Assembly (NCBI GenBank): GCA_021819085.1
Contig: JAKASJ010000016.1
Location: 6,551 to 70,550 of the forward strand
Reading direction: 5' to 3'
Origin: Pseudomonadota bacterium
Lineage (GTDB): Bacteria; Pseudomonadota; Gammaproteobacteria; Acidiferrobacterales; UBA6901
DNA length: 64,000 bases
Shown here: one piece after another, positions 55,184 to 64,000 of the stretch
Layout of the letters: each line of letters starts with the position of its first letter
Numbering within the stretch: position 1 is the stretch's first letter
Made by a program: the position numbers and the translations under genes
Notes under the pieces: model-generated
The model's input: only the letters and a program-made list of their open reading frames with translations
Databases searched by the model: none
Told to the model about the DNA's origin: nothing

Positions 55184-56348
55184 TCGTGCCTACGGGAGCA
55201 GGACGCTGTGGTTATGGTGGCATGGCCTGCGCGACCGGCTGCGTGGGGATCATGGGCGCGCCAATGCCCGCTGGGGCCATCTGCGCCCGCCGGCAGGCGG
55301 AGGACGGCTGGTCTGGATCGAAGCCGGGGGCGCGCAGGGAAGCGTGCGCCTGGCCGCCGGGGTGGTGCGCGCGTTGCGTCAGGCGCGGCACGACCTGCGG
55401 CTGGTGTTGTCTTTCGAGCGTGAATATCCGTTGCTGCTCGAGCGCGCGCTTTCCGGCCTTGAGCGAACCGCATTCGGTCATGGGCCGAGCGATTCGGCGC
55501 GTGCCGTACGACGCGCGCTGCGGTCGCTGGCGCCGCTCGGCGTGCTCATGGTTGCCCGCGATCCCGCTCCCAATCTGAGTGCGGCGCTGGAAGCGGCGGG
55601 GGTCCGCTGTATTGCACTGCACACTCCGGCGGCCACGACCGGGCGATTTCAGGCGGTCTACCCGGCTGACCGCAGCCAGGTCGAGGCGTGGCAGCGCTGC
55701 GGGCGGGCCGACTACATCGCTCCGCAGGCCGACCTGACGACGCTTCTGGTCGAGGCGCAGGTGGAACCGAATTTCAGGGCAGTATTGTGCGGCGGCGCGG
55801 ATCTGGCCATCTGGTGCCTGCTGGGTGCCAGCCCGCAGCGCTTTCCGGAACTGGATGCATGGTGGACGGGGTCCGGTCTGGGCCGCAGCGGCGTCCTGCT
55901 CGTTGCCCCTGCGCGCTCCGGCAGGACACCGGCGGCATGGCTGCGGATCAGCGACTGGCAGCGGACCCCGCTGGCTGCCGGCCGTGTGGTCCTGCTCGAT
56001 GACAGCCGCTGGCTGCCGGCGGCGACCGCATCGAGCGACGCGATCCATGTGATGGACCCGGACGCCTGGACATTCTGGCAGGCGCTGGCGGGCGGTTGCC
56101 CGGTGAGCGTGTCAGATCGTTCTGCGGTACTGCGACGCTTCGATGCGGACACCGCCGCCGGAGCGGCCGACCGACTTTTCGAAGAGGCGCCGATGCTGAC
56201 ACAGGTGGAGCAGTTCTGGACAGCAATGCGGGCAGACCCGATCGGTGGGCGTTTACGGGGTGACGGGCTGCGCCGACTGTTCTGGAGCGAGCGCCGGCGC
56301 GCCGCAGATGTCAACCACGAACTGCTAAAGCGGGTTTTCGCGTGGTGA
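55167..56348 (+). CDS. highly divergent WaaA/KdtA (Kdo transferase)-like protein, canonical motifs not seen
   Basis: 393 aa. It appears colinear with my recollection of E. coli WaaA: RWG..(P)..GG..W, VRALR, P.GVLMV....PNL.AAL, LLVAP.R and VVLLDD. However, SVGE is replaced by GGAQGS, and neither GGHN nor an N-terminal membrane anchor is seen. Start uncertain (55140 or 55167). Confidence 0.4.
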   Translation: MSRVADRAYGSRTLWLWWHGLRDRLRGDHGRANARWGHLRPPAGGGRLVWIEAGGAQGSVRLAAGVVRALRQARHDLRLVLSFEREYPLLLERALSGLERTAFGHGPSDSARAVRRALRSLAPLGVLMVARDPAPNLSAALEAAGVRCIALHTPAATTGRFQAVYPADRSQVEAWQRCGRADYIAPQADLTTLLVEAQVEPNFRAVLCGGADLAIWCLLGASPQRFPELDAWWTGSGLGRSGVLLVAPARSGRTPAAWLRISDWQRTPLAAGRVVLLDDSRWLPAATASSDAIHVMDPDAWTFWQALAGGCPVSVSDRSAVLRRFDADTAAGAADRLFEEAPMLTQVEQFWTAMRADPIGGRLRGDGLRRLFWSERRRAADVNHELLKRVFAW

Positions 56349-57352
56349 ACCGACGCTTTGCCCGACTCATCCAGGACCGGTGGCAAGGCAGGTCGCCCCT
56401 GATTCTGCTGCTCATGCCACTCAGCTGGATCTACCGGCTGGCCTCGCAGGTGCGCAATAGGCTGTATGACCTGCGTGTGCTCGCGCGCCGGCGGTTGCCG
56501 GTGCCGGTGATTGTGGTGGGCAATATCACTGTCGGTGGAACGGGCAAGACGCCGCTCGTGATCTGGCTCAGCCTGTTCCTGCAGCGTGCTGGCTACCGGC
56601 CCGGAATCATTTCGCGCGGCTACGGCGGGCGCGCAGCCGTGTGGCCACAGGTGTTGGCGCCCAATTCCGATCCGGCGGAAGTGGGTGATGAGCCGGTGCT
56701 GATCGCGCGCCGCGCGGGCTGCCCGGTGGTAGTCGGTCCGGACCGGGTGGCGGCAGCGCAGACCCTGCTCGCTGCGCACCGGTGCGATGTCGTGATCAGC
56801 GATGACGGACTGCAGCACCGGCAGCTTGCGCGCGACATTGAAATCGTGGTGATAGACGGGCAGCGTCGTTTCGGTAATGGGCTGCTTCTGCCGGCCGGAC
56901 CCTTGCGCGAACCGGTTTCGCGCCTGCAACGCGCCGATGTCCTCATAACCCAGGGTGCGGCGCATGCGGGCGAGCGCAGCATGGAGTTGCGCGACACCGG
57001 TCTGCGCAATCTGGCGAGCGGAAAGGCCTGCGCCCCAGGCGAATTCGCGGGCAGGACGGTGCACGCCGTGGCCGGCATCGGAAATCCGGGACGTTTTTTT
57101 GCACGACTGCGGGGGTTGGGTCTGGAGGTCCGGGAACATCCATTTCCCGATCATTATCGCTTTCGCCCTGAGGATCTGAGGTTCGGCGATGACGCACCGG
57201 TGATCATGACCGAGAAAGATGCGGTAAAATGCGAGCGATTCGCGCGTTCCGATTACTGGTTTCTCGAGGTTGAAGCGTGCCCGGATCCCGGTGTCGGCGC
57301 CTTGATTCTGGAACTGCTGAAGGAGAAGTGCGGTGGACAAGAAACTGCTTGA
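56342..57352 (+). CDS. lpxK: tetraacyldisaccharide 4'-kinase
   Basis: 336 aa with P-loop [25 protein letters not shown] and SDDGLQH. Confidence 0.9.
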   Translation: MVNRRFARLIQDRWQGRSPLILLLMPLSWIYRLASQVRNRLYDLRVLARRRLPVPVIVVGNITVGGTGKTPLVIWLSLFLQRAGYRPGIISRGYGGRAAVWPQVLAPNSDPAEVGDEPVLIARRAGCPVVVGPDRVAAAQTLLAAHRCDVVISDDGLQHRQLARDIEIVVIDGQRRFGNGLLLPAGPLREPVSRLQRADVLITQGAAHAGERSMELRDTGLRNLASGKACAPGEFAGRTVHAVAGIGNPGRFFARLRGLGLEVREHPFPDHYRFRPEDLRFGDDAPVIMTEKDAVKCERFARSDYWFLEVEACPDPGVGALILELLKEKCGGQETA

Positions 57353-57512
57353 TATCCTGGTCTGTCCGGTGTGCAAAGGGCCGCTGCGCTACGACCGGAC
57401 CCGGTCCGAGCTGGTATGCAAGGTCGACCGGCTCGCGTACCCGATCCGCGACGATATTCCGGTGATGCTGGAAGACCAGGCACGCCAGATTCCCGAGGAA
57501 GAGGCGCTTTAG
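57333..57512 (+). CDS. ycaR: Trm112/YcaR-family small zinc-ribbon protein (UPF0434)
   Basis: 59-aa ORF absent from the supplied ORF track (GTG start, under 60 aa). It reads [59 protein letters not shown]. It sits in the conserved lpxK-ycaR-kdsB position. Confidence 0.8.
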   Translation: MDKKLLDILVCPVCKGPLRYDRTRSELVCKVDRLAYPIRDDIPVMLEDQARQIPEEEAL

Positions 57513-57530
57513 CGCCGGCCGGTCAGACCG

Positions 57531-58280
57531 ATGATCGTTATCATTCCTGCCCGATTCGCATCTACCCGGCTGCCCGGCAAGCCACTGGCGGATATCGCCG
57601 GAAAGCCGATGATCGAGCGCGTTTATGACAGCGCGCGTGCCAGCGGCGCCCGGCGCGTGGTGGTTGCCACGGACGATGCGCGCATCAACGATGTGGTATG
57701 CGGATTCGGAGGCGAAGTCTGCATGACTGGCGGCGATCACCGTTCCGGAACCGACCGTATCGCGGAAGCAATTGAGATCCTTGCGATTGACGGCGATGAA
57801 ATCGTGGTCAATCTGCAGGGCGACGAACCACTGATGCCTCCGGCGCTGATCCGCCAGGTGGCCGATACACTGCTTGCCCATCCGCAGGCTTCCATGGCGA
57901 CTGCCGGGCATGCGATCCATGACCGGCGCAGCTTCCTCGATCCGAACGTCGTCAAGGTCGTTACCGACCGCAGCGGGTTTGCGCTCTACTTCAGCCGCGC
58001 CCCGATTCCGTGGCCGCGTGATGAGACTGCGCGCATCGGCGAGTTTGCGGTGGATGCGCTGCGACACCTAGGAATCTACGCCTATCGCGCGGAATTCGTG
58101 AGTCGCTATGCCGACTGGCCGCCGTGTCCGCCGGAGCGCATAGAGGCACTCGAGCAGCTGCGCGTGCTCTGGAACGGGGAACGTATTGCCGTATGCGAGA
58201 CGCCGGAAGCGCCCCCCGGCGGAGTCGATACTGCCGAGGATCTGGAACGGGTGCGGGCGGTTTTCGGGCGCGGCGGATGA
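57531..58280 (+). CDS. kdsB: 3-deoxy-manno-octulosonate cytidylyltransferase
   Basis: 249 aa: [42 protein letters not shown] and LEQLR.L.NG. Confidence 0.95.
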   Translation: MIVIIPARFASTRLPGKPLADIAGKPMIERVYDSARASGARRVVVATDDARINDVVCGFGGEVCMTGGDHRSGTDRIAEAIEILAIDGDEIVVNLQGDEPLMPPALIRQVADTLLAHPQASMATAGHAIHDRRSFLDPNVVKVVTDRSGFALYFSRAPIPWPRDETARIGEFAVDALRHLGIYAYRAEFVSRYADWPPCPPERIEALEQLRVLWNGERIAVCETPEAPPGGVDTAEDLERVRAVFGRGG

Positions 58281-58344
58281 GCGACCGCGGGGCCGGCGCG
58301 CGCTGCAGCATGCGGCAAGAGAAGCTACGAACCGGGGAAGGGCA

Positions 58345-58818
58345 ATGGTAAAGGTGCTTTTCGTGTGTCTTGGAAACATTTGCCGTTCGCCGACGGCCGA
58401 GGGTGTTTTTCGCGCGGTGGTGCGCGCACAGGGACTGGAGGAAGTCATCGAAATCGACTCCGCCGGTACCCATGCCTATCACATCGGCGAGGCGCCCGAT
58501 GCGCGCGCGCAGGCGGCGGCGGCGCGGCGCGGCATCGATCTTTCGGGGCTGCGCGGTCGTCAGGCGACGCGTCGCGACATCGAGTCCTTTGATTTCATCC
58601 TCGCGATGGACCGCGAGAATCTGAGACATCTGCTTGCTTTGAGTCCTCCGGGCCAGGAAGGCAAGATCAGACTGTTCTTGGAGTTCGCACCTTCGCGCCC
58701 GGAACGGGAGGTGCCCGATCCCTATTTCGGCGGCGAAAGCGGCTTTGACCGTGTTCTGGACATGGTTGAAGAGGCAGCGGTCGGCCTGCTTGAGCATATC
58801 CGGCACGAACGGCTGTAA
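58345..58818 (+). CDS. ptp: low-molecular-weight protein-tyrosine phosphatase
   Basis: 157 aa from the ATG at 58345. Active-site loop VLFVCLGNICRSPTAEG and DPYFG. Confidence 0.9.
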   Translation: MVKVLFVCLGNICRSPTAEGVFRAVVRAQGLEEVIEIDSAGTHAYHIGEAPDARAQAAAARRGIDLSGLRGRQATRRDIESFDFILAMDRENLRHLLALSPPGQEGKIRLFLEFAPSRPEREVPDPYFGGESGFDRVLDMVEEAAVGLLEHIRHERL

Positions 58819-58823
58819 CAGGT

Positions 58824-60260
58824 GTGGACAGGCAGTCGGCGGCGTCTGACACCATGAGCATGGCTGTCGGCCGGATCGGGCCGCCGGGTATTGCCGGCGG
58901 ACGGCTTGCGCGCCTTGGCCTTGCGATGAGGCGTCATCGCCTGGCAATCCAGACAGTGCAGTGGGTCATGGTGCTTTGCTATGCGGTGCTGGTGACGGTG
59001 CCAGCATTCCTGCCCCTGCCGGCCGCGAATACCCACCTGTGGAACAACCTCACGCGTTTTGCACGGTTCGTTTTCTGGGGTGTCTGGTGGCCGCTTGTCA
59101 TCCTGTCGGTCATGGGCCTGGGGCGCTTTTGGTGCGGCGTGTTCTGCCCGGAGGGCACGCTCAGCGAGTGGGTTTCGCACTACGGTGCCGGACGCGGTAT
59201 CCCGCGCTGGATGAAATGGGGCGGCTGGCCCTTTATCGCCTTTCTTGGCACTACGGTCTTCGGCCAGCTGACCAGTATCTACGATTACCCCAAGCCCATG
59301 CTTCTCATCCTGGGCGGTTCAACGGCCGCCGCCGTGACGGTCGGACTGCTGTATGGGCGCGGCAAGCGCGTGTGGTGCCGGCACCTGTGTCCAGTGACCG
59401 GGGTATTCGCGCTGCTGGCCAGGACTGCCTCCGTCCGTTTCCGCACCGACCGAGACATCTGGGACGCAGCGCCGGCCGGACATCGCACCAGCCGGACCCA
59501 TGCGGTGAACTGTGCGCCACTGATCAACATCCGTCGTCTCGATGGCTCCTCTGCCTGCCACATGTGCGGACGCTGCGCGGGAGAACGCGGGGCGGTCGCG
59601 CTTGCCTGGCGTACGCCCGGCGCGGCGATCCTCGAAACGGATGCCGCCCAGTCCCGGTCACAGCTCCGGGAGTCAGCCGGATGGCAGGCACGACTGCTGG
59701 TCTTCGGCATGCTCGGAGCTGCGCTGGGGGCCTTTCAGTGGAGCGCCTCGCCATGGTTTGTGATCGCCAAGCTGCACGCGACCGGTTGGCTGACCGCCCA
59801 CACTGTGCCGTGGCCCCTGCGTGCCCCGGGGCACTGGTGGCTTCTCACCCATTACCCGCAATCCGGCGACGTGTTCAGCTGGCTCGAGGGCGCGATGATT
59901 TTCGCCTACATCGGTAGCGAGGCGCTCATCGTCGGAAGCTGGATCGTGGCCTGGATGCGGCTGGCAGAAGGGTTCACGGGGATAGCCTGGCAGCGGCTTG
60001 CCGAAGTGCTCATCCCCTTTGCCGGCACCAGTCTGTTCATCGGGTTGAGTTTTCTGACCAGTTCACAGCTCGCAGACGAGGGGGTGTACCTGCCGTGGGC
60101 CAATACGGCGCGTGCCGCTTTGCTGGCGGCCGCCGCCGCGTGGAGCGTGGCGCTCGCCGTACGTCTCGCCACCAGGCATCGCGCCGCCGCCGCGGCCGCG
60201 ACGCTGCTGGCGCTTGCGCTGCCGCTTGCCGCCTGGACAGTGCAGATATTTTTCTGGTAA
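58824..60260 (+). CDS. membrane-bound 4Fe-4S binding protein (NapH/YccM-like polyferredoxin N-terminal half plus extra TM domain)
   Basis: 478 aa with cysteine motifs FWCGVFCPEG, VWCRHLCPV and CHMCGRC between transmembrane segments. The C-terminal half is hydrophobic. Start uncertain. Confidence 0.55.
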   Translation: MDRQSAASDTMSMAVGRIGPPGIAGGRLARLGLAMRRHRLAIQTVQWVMVLCYAVLVTVPAFLPLPAANTHLWNNLTRFARFVFWGVWWPLVILSVMGLGRFWCGVFCPEGTLSEWVSHYGAGRGIPRWMKWGGWPFIAFLGTTVFGQLTSIYDYPKPMLLILGGSTAAAVTVGLLYGRGKRVWCRHLCPVTGVFALLARTASVRFRTDRDIWDAAPAGHRTSRTHAVNCAPLINIRRLDGSSACHMCGRCAGERGAVALAWRTPGAAILETDAAQSRSQLRESAGWQARLLVFGMLGAALGAFQWSASPWFVIAKLHATGWLTAHTVPWPLRAPGHWWLLTHYPQSGDVFSWLEGAMIFAYIGSEALIVGSWIVAWMRLAEGFTGIAWQRLAEVLIPFAGTSLFIGLSFLTSSQLADEGVYLPWANTARAALLAAAAAWSVALAVRLATRHRAAAAAATLLALALPLAAWTVQIFFW

Positions 60261-60317
60261 CCGGGCAGGTTTTCCGGAAACCAGAGACCGCACGCCGGAA
60301 CGGTGTGACGACGCATG

Positions 60318-61610
60318 TCAGATGTGGAACTCCTGTGCCCGGTCGTCATAGCCGAACAGCTCGGCATAACGCGCCCAGCCGGTGACGACCCGCAGGGTTC
60401 TCTCCACGTCGCGGCGGGTAAGATGGTCCTCAAGTTCCGACTCGAAGCGCACGCGTGGCGCGCGGTGACCGCCGCGCTCTTCGAGCACCCTCCTGATATG
60501 AGCGGAGAGTGGCACGAATTCCAGCAGATGCTCCCTGAACAGCCGCTTGCGCTCCCCGGTTCCGCCATGGACGAACATGCGGCCGGCGGGGGTCAGCCGG
60601 ACGGCACCGTCGCTGAGCTCGGCGAACCCCAGCATGTGCAGCGATTCGGCAAGCGGGAACAGATCGTCCACCTGCAACCCGAGCGCACGGGCGATCTCGC
60701 GCAGCCCCGAACGACCGTGATACGGGGCGCCTGCCAGGGTCTCGAGCAGGCCGCTCATCTGGCTGACGGAAGCGCGTGCCAGAGGTCGCGCGAAGCCGCT
60801 GTGCAGCTGGCCCGGCGCTGCGGAAAAGACGACTGCCCGGGAGGTGAGGAGGGCATAGATGTCGTCGACCACGGTCCGGAACGCATCGTCCAGCCGGTTA
60901 CGGGGGTGTGCGAGGCTCACCGGAATTTCCGCCGCCACGCGCCCGGGATTGGAGGAGAGGATCGCGATCCGGTCGCACATCAGCACAGCCTCTTCGATGT
61001 TATGGGTCACGAGCAGCGCCGATGTGGTCGGAATCTCCTGTTCCTGCCACAGATCGATGAAATCGGTGCGCAATGTCTCCGCCGTCAGCACATCGAGCGC
61101 CGAAAACGGTTCATCCATGAGCAGCACAGATGAACCCGTGACGATTGCGCGAGCGAAGCCGACACGCTGGCGCATTCCGCCAGAGAGTTCGCGCGGATAG
61201 GCACCCTGGAACCCGTCGAGACCGATGAGGTCGATGGCAGACTCGGCGCGCTCGCGTCTTTCGCGGCCGGTGAGGGCGAAGGCGTCGAGCCCGGTTTCGA
61301 CATTCTCGATGACCGTCAGCCACGGGAAAAGCGCGAACGTCTGAAACACCACCGCGATGCCTTCGCTTGGGCCCGTGAGCGGCATTGAACGGTGATAGAC
61401 CTGTCCGGAGGTGGGCCGTACCAGTCCGGCCGCGATGCGCAGCAGGGTCGACTTTCCTGCCCCGGAGCGTCCGAGGAGGCCGAGGATCTCACGGGCGCGC
61501 AGCGCGAGATCGATGTCTGCCAGAACCGGCAGGGGTTCGCCGGAAGGTTTGGCGAAATCCATGCAGACCTTGCGCAGTTCGATGAGAGGGCGTTCGGATT
61601 GGGAATTCAT
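60318..61610 (-). CDS. ABC transporter ATP-binding protein (nitrate/sulfonate/taurine-type NBD) with about 170-aa C-terminal extension
   Basis: 430 aa from the ATG at 61610. Walker [12 protein letters not shown], signature LSGGMRQRVGFARA and Walker B LLMDEPFSALD. The C-terminal region (…LGLQVDDLFPLAESLHMLGFAEL…) resembles the AAA-associated C-terminal domain. The ORF-track entry (to 62345) is over-extended. Confidence 0.85.
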   Translation of the reverse strand: MNSQSERPLIELRKVCMDFAKPSGEPLPVLADIDLALRAREILGLLGRSGAGKSTLLRIAAGLVRPTSGQVYHRSMPLTGPSEGIAVVFQTFALFPWLTVIENVETGLDAFALTGRERRERAESAIDLIGLDGFQGAYPRELSGGMRQRVGFARAIVTGSSVLLMDEPFSALDVLTAETLRTDFIDLWQEQEIPTTSALLVTHNIEEAVLMCDRIAILSSNPGRVAAEIPVSLAHPRNRLDDAFRTVVDDIYALLTSRAVVFSAAPGQLHSGFARPLARASVSQMSGLLETLAGAPYHGRSGLREIARALGLQVDDLFPLAESLHMLGFAELSDGAVRLTPAGRMFVHGGTGERKRLFREHLLEFVPLSAHIRRVLEERGGHRAPRVRFESELEDHLTRRDVERTLRVVTGWARYAELFGYDDRAQEFHI

Positions 61611-61618
61611 CGGATACG

Positions 61619-63448
61619 CTAGTCGAGCCGTGCGCGTCGTTCTGCAAATACGTACAGCGGGCGCCAGAGCAGGCGGTTCATGGCGATGACCAGGGCCGAC
61701 ATGACTGCGATTCCGAGTGCGGCGCGCGGAAAGTCGCCGGTTTCCGTCATGCGCGCGATATAAGCGCCGAGGCCACCGGCGGTGAGTTTCGTAGGCCCCC
61801 AGCGGACCACCTCCGAGACTATGCTCGCATTCCAGGCTCCGCCGCATGCCGTGATCGCGCCGGTGACGTAGTAGGGGAAAATTCCGGGCAGCATGATGTC
61901 GCGCCACCAGCGCCAGCCACGGATGCGCAGACTGGCAGTGGCCTCGCGCAGATCGGGCGGAAAGGCGCTTGCGCCGGCGATCACGTTGAACAGGATGTAC
62001 CACTGCGCCCCGAGAATCATCAGCGGACTCAGCCAGATCGCCGGAGCGAGGTTCAGCCGAACAATGAGAAACACCACTACCGGGAACAGCAGATTGGCGG
62101 GGAAGGCGGCCAGAAACTGTGCGACCGGCTGTACCTTTTGTGCCAGCCTGGGCCGCAGTCCGACCGCGATTCCGGTCGGTACCCAGACTGCGGTTGCCAC
62201 TGCTACAAGCACGACCACCCGCAGCAGCGTGAGCGCACCGCTCCGCGCAGCGACCGCTACGTCGCGCCACGCAAGCGCCACACGGGCGAAACCCAGAAGC
62301 TCCACGAGGACATAGCCCAGTACGCCAAGCAGCAGGCCAATCCATATGATGTCTGCACTCCGGCTACCGGACAGGCGGTGCCCAAGACGGTGCACCCCGG
62401 CGGGAAAAGCCAGCCGCGCACGGGCAGCCGTTTTCACGCCCGCCGCGACCGGCCGCGCGGCCCTCCGCAGCAGCCGGGAACGCTGAAACAGATTGAGGAC
62501 CCAGGAACGTGGCCTTAACAGTACGGGTGTGGTGGCGAACTGGAACTGTTCTGACCAGGCAACCAGCGGACGGAAGACCATCTGGTCGTAAACGAGGATG
62601 GCGACACCCATGGCCACGATCGCCCATCCGACGGCTGCCAGATCGTGTTCCCTGATCGCCTGGGCAACGTACGCACCGACGCCGGGCAGTTTTATCTGCC
62701 GACCATCGACCGTGATGGCTTCGGATGCGACGACGAAGAACCATCCTGCCGACATCGACATCATCGTGTTCCAGACGAGCCCCGGCATGGCGAACGGCAC
62801 CTCCAGGCGCCAGAACCTCTGCCACGCGGAAAGTCGCAGACTGCGGCTTGCTTCGTCAAGGTCGCGCGGAACGGTACGCAGTGACTGGTAGAAGCCGAAT
62901 GCCATGTTCCAGGCCTGGCTGGTAAAGATGGCGAAAATGGCGGCGAGTTCCGGACCGAGCTGGCTGTCGGGAAACGCCGAAATGAGGAAAGGCACGGTGA
63001 AAGCAAGATAGCCGAGGACCGGTACGGACTGCAGTACGTCGAGCAGCGGAATCAGAACCATCTCGGCGCGGCGGCTCTTTGCGGCGAGCGTGGCATAAGT
63101 GAAGGTGAAAACCAGGGAGGCTGCAATGGCAACGAACATCCGCATCGTCGTGCGCAGGGTATACAGCGGCAGTGCTGCGGGCGACAGACTGATCGGCAGC
63201 GGATGCGCAGCAGCCAGAGGCGCAACCATCTGATGTGCCCCCGAGCCGACCAGAATCAGTGCACCCAGAACCAGGATGGTGGCAGCCAGATCCTGCCATC
63301 CCGCCTGGTGCAGATGCCACCGTGCCCCGCTTAGAACCTCTGCGTGTTGTTCCACGAAGGTTTCCAGTACATCCATGGCTTGCCGCAGGCGGCGGAAGAA
63401 ATGCGCGCGGGCGCGCGTTCGTTCGTCCCCGAAGTTCGACGGAATCAC
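61619..63448 (-). CDS. ABC transporter permease, duplicated (two fused BPD-type permease domains)
   Basis: 609 aa with about 12 transmembrane segments in two homologous halves. Each half has an EAA-like loop (DLDEASRSLRLSAWQRFW and DLREATASLRIRGWRWW). Start uncertain. Confidence 0.75.
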   Translation of the reverse strand: MIPSNFGDERTRARAHFFRRLRQAMDVLETFVEQHAEVLSGARWHLHQAGWQDLAATILVLGALILVGSGAHQMVAPLAAAHPLPISLSPAALPLYTLRTTMRMFVAIAASLVFTFTYATLAAKSRRAEMVLIPLLDVLQSVPVLGYLAFTVPFLISAFPDSQLGPELAAIFAIFTSQAWNMAFGFYQSLRTVPRDLDEASRSLRLSAWQRFWRLEVPFAMPGLVWNTMMSMSAGWFFVVASEAITVDGRQIKLPGVGAYVAQAIREHDLAAVGWAIVAMGVAILVYDQMVFRPLVAWSEQFQFATTPVLLRPRSWVLNLFQRSRLLRRAARPVAAGVKTAARARLAFPAGVHRLGHRLSGSRSADIIWIGLLLGVLGYVLVELLGFARVALAWRDVAVAARSGALTLLRVVVLVAVATAVWVPTGIAVGLRPRLAQKVQPVAQFLAAFPANLLFPVVVFLIVRLNLAPAIWLSPLMILGAQWYILFNVIAGASAFPPDLREATASLRIRGWRWWRDIMLPGIFPYYVTGAITACGGAWNASIVSEVVRWGPTKLTAGGLGAYIARMTETGDFPRAALGIAVMSALVIAMNRLLWRPLYVFAERRARLD

Positions 63449-63856
63449 GCTGCGAGCGGGGCTGGCAACCGGTGTTCCCGTCTCCGGAATTATTCCCTTT
63501 CCTGGGCATTTTATGCCAATCGCGGAGTGACGGCATCATTTCCCAACGGGGTCGCTCCACGATGCCAGCCGACCCGCACACGGTGCGACGCAGGCTGCCT
63601 CTGTATCACGGAGTGTGCATGGCAGGCATGTACCAGCCAACTACTCGTATCCTGGCAGGCATCGGCGGCATGGAATGCATGGCTGCATTCCGCTTGCTGC
63701 GATCCCGGACTTTTTGTTTGCCACGCTGCCGGGTCTCGATGAAACTATGTCATGATCATCAGCATCGCAGAGCTAGAGGGCCGTATGTGTGGCCGATGAC
63801 CGCAATGCGGCGACGGCCGCTCGGCGTGGGGCGGGGCAGGAGCGGGAACGAGCACA

Positions 63857-64000
63857 ATGTACGACCAATGGCAGGGACCATCCGCGGCGGAAGACTACGA
63901 TGCCTGGTATCGTACCGTGCGCGGTGCCTGGATTGCAGACGCGGAGTTCGCTCTGATGATGAAGCTTCTGCGCCCGATGCCTGGCACGTCCGTACTCGAC
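63857..64000 (+). CDS. class I SAM-dependent methyltransferase (5' partial, runs off window)
   Basis: The first 48 codons are MYDQWQGPSAAEDYDAWYRTVRGAWIADAEFALMMKLLRPMPGTSVLD. This Y..WY....G.......E...l..ll.p..g..vLD lead-in commonly precedes the GCGTG motif. Confidence 0.45.
   Translation, partial: MYDQWQGPSAAEDYDAWYRTVRGAWIADAEFALMMKLLRPMPGTSVLD

Overview
This is a visibly GC-rich proteobacterial chromosome segment (GC not computed). Gene order resembles gammaproteobacterial core synteny: ugd-galU; hpt-mtnP; def; mfd/cdnL-ispD-ispF; trxB-ftsK-lolA-rarA; tRNA-Leu-rnr-rlmB-rpsF-rpsR-rplI-dnaB-alr-radA; dapC-dapD-dapE; yggS; lolC-lolD-exbB-exbD-msbA-lpxK-ycaR-kdsB-ptp. About 55 protein genes and one tRNA-Leu(CAG) can be supported. 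I saw no rRNA, CRISPR array, IS/transposase or integrase. Points worth a second look: (1) dnaB is split inside its Walker-A codons (GK|T) by a 495-codon intein carrying a LAGLIDADG homing endonuclease. (2) An AbiEii-type nucleotidyltransferase toxin with a small upstream partner and a decayed tandem paralog sits between def and mfd. (3) The 480-bp mfd/cdnL divergent spacer holds a perfect TTGACA, a GC hairpin and a 186-nt tract with 12 GGA triplets, so it may encode a Csr/Rsm-sponge-like sRNA or a long leader. (4) An 11.7-kb block (20.5-32.2 kb) has only three intact genes (tkt, short gnd, a GAF-PAS-GGDEF-EAL protein) and about 44% unassignable sequence. It ends at the 3' side of tRNA-Leu, and its last spacer has T7-T8 tracts and an SMI1/KNR4-like ORF fragment. 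(5) A PP2C plus double-FHA operon has no kinase in the window and carries a small overlapping upstream ORF. (6) A highly divergent WaaA (Kdo transferase)-like ORF lacking the canonical motifs lies between msbA and lpxK. All family assignments come from by-eye motif recognition on the supplied translations. No database search, alignment statistic or RNA folding was run.
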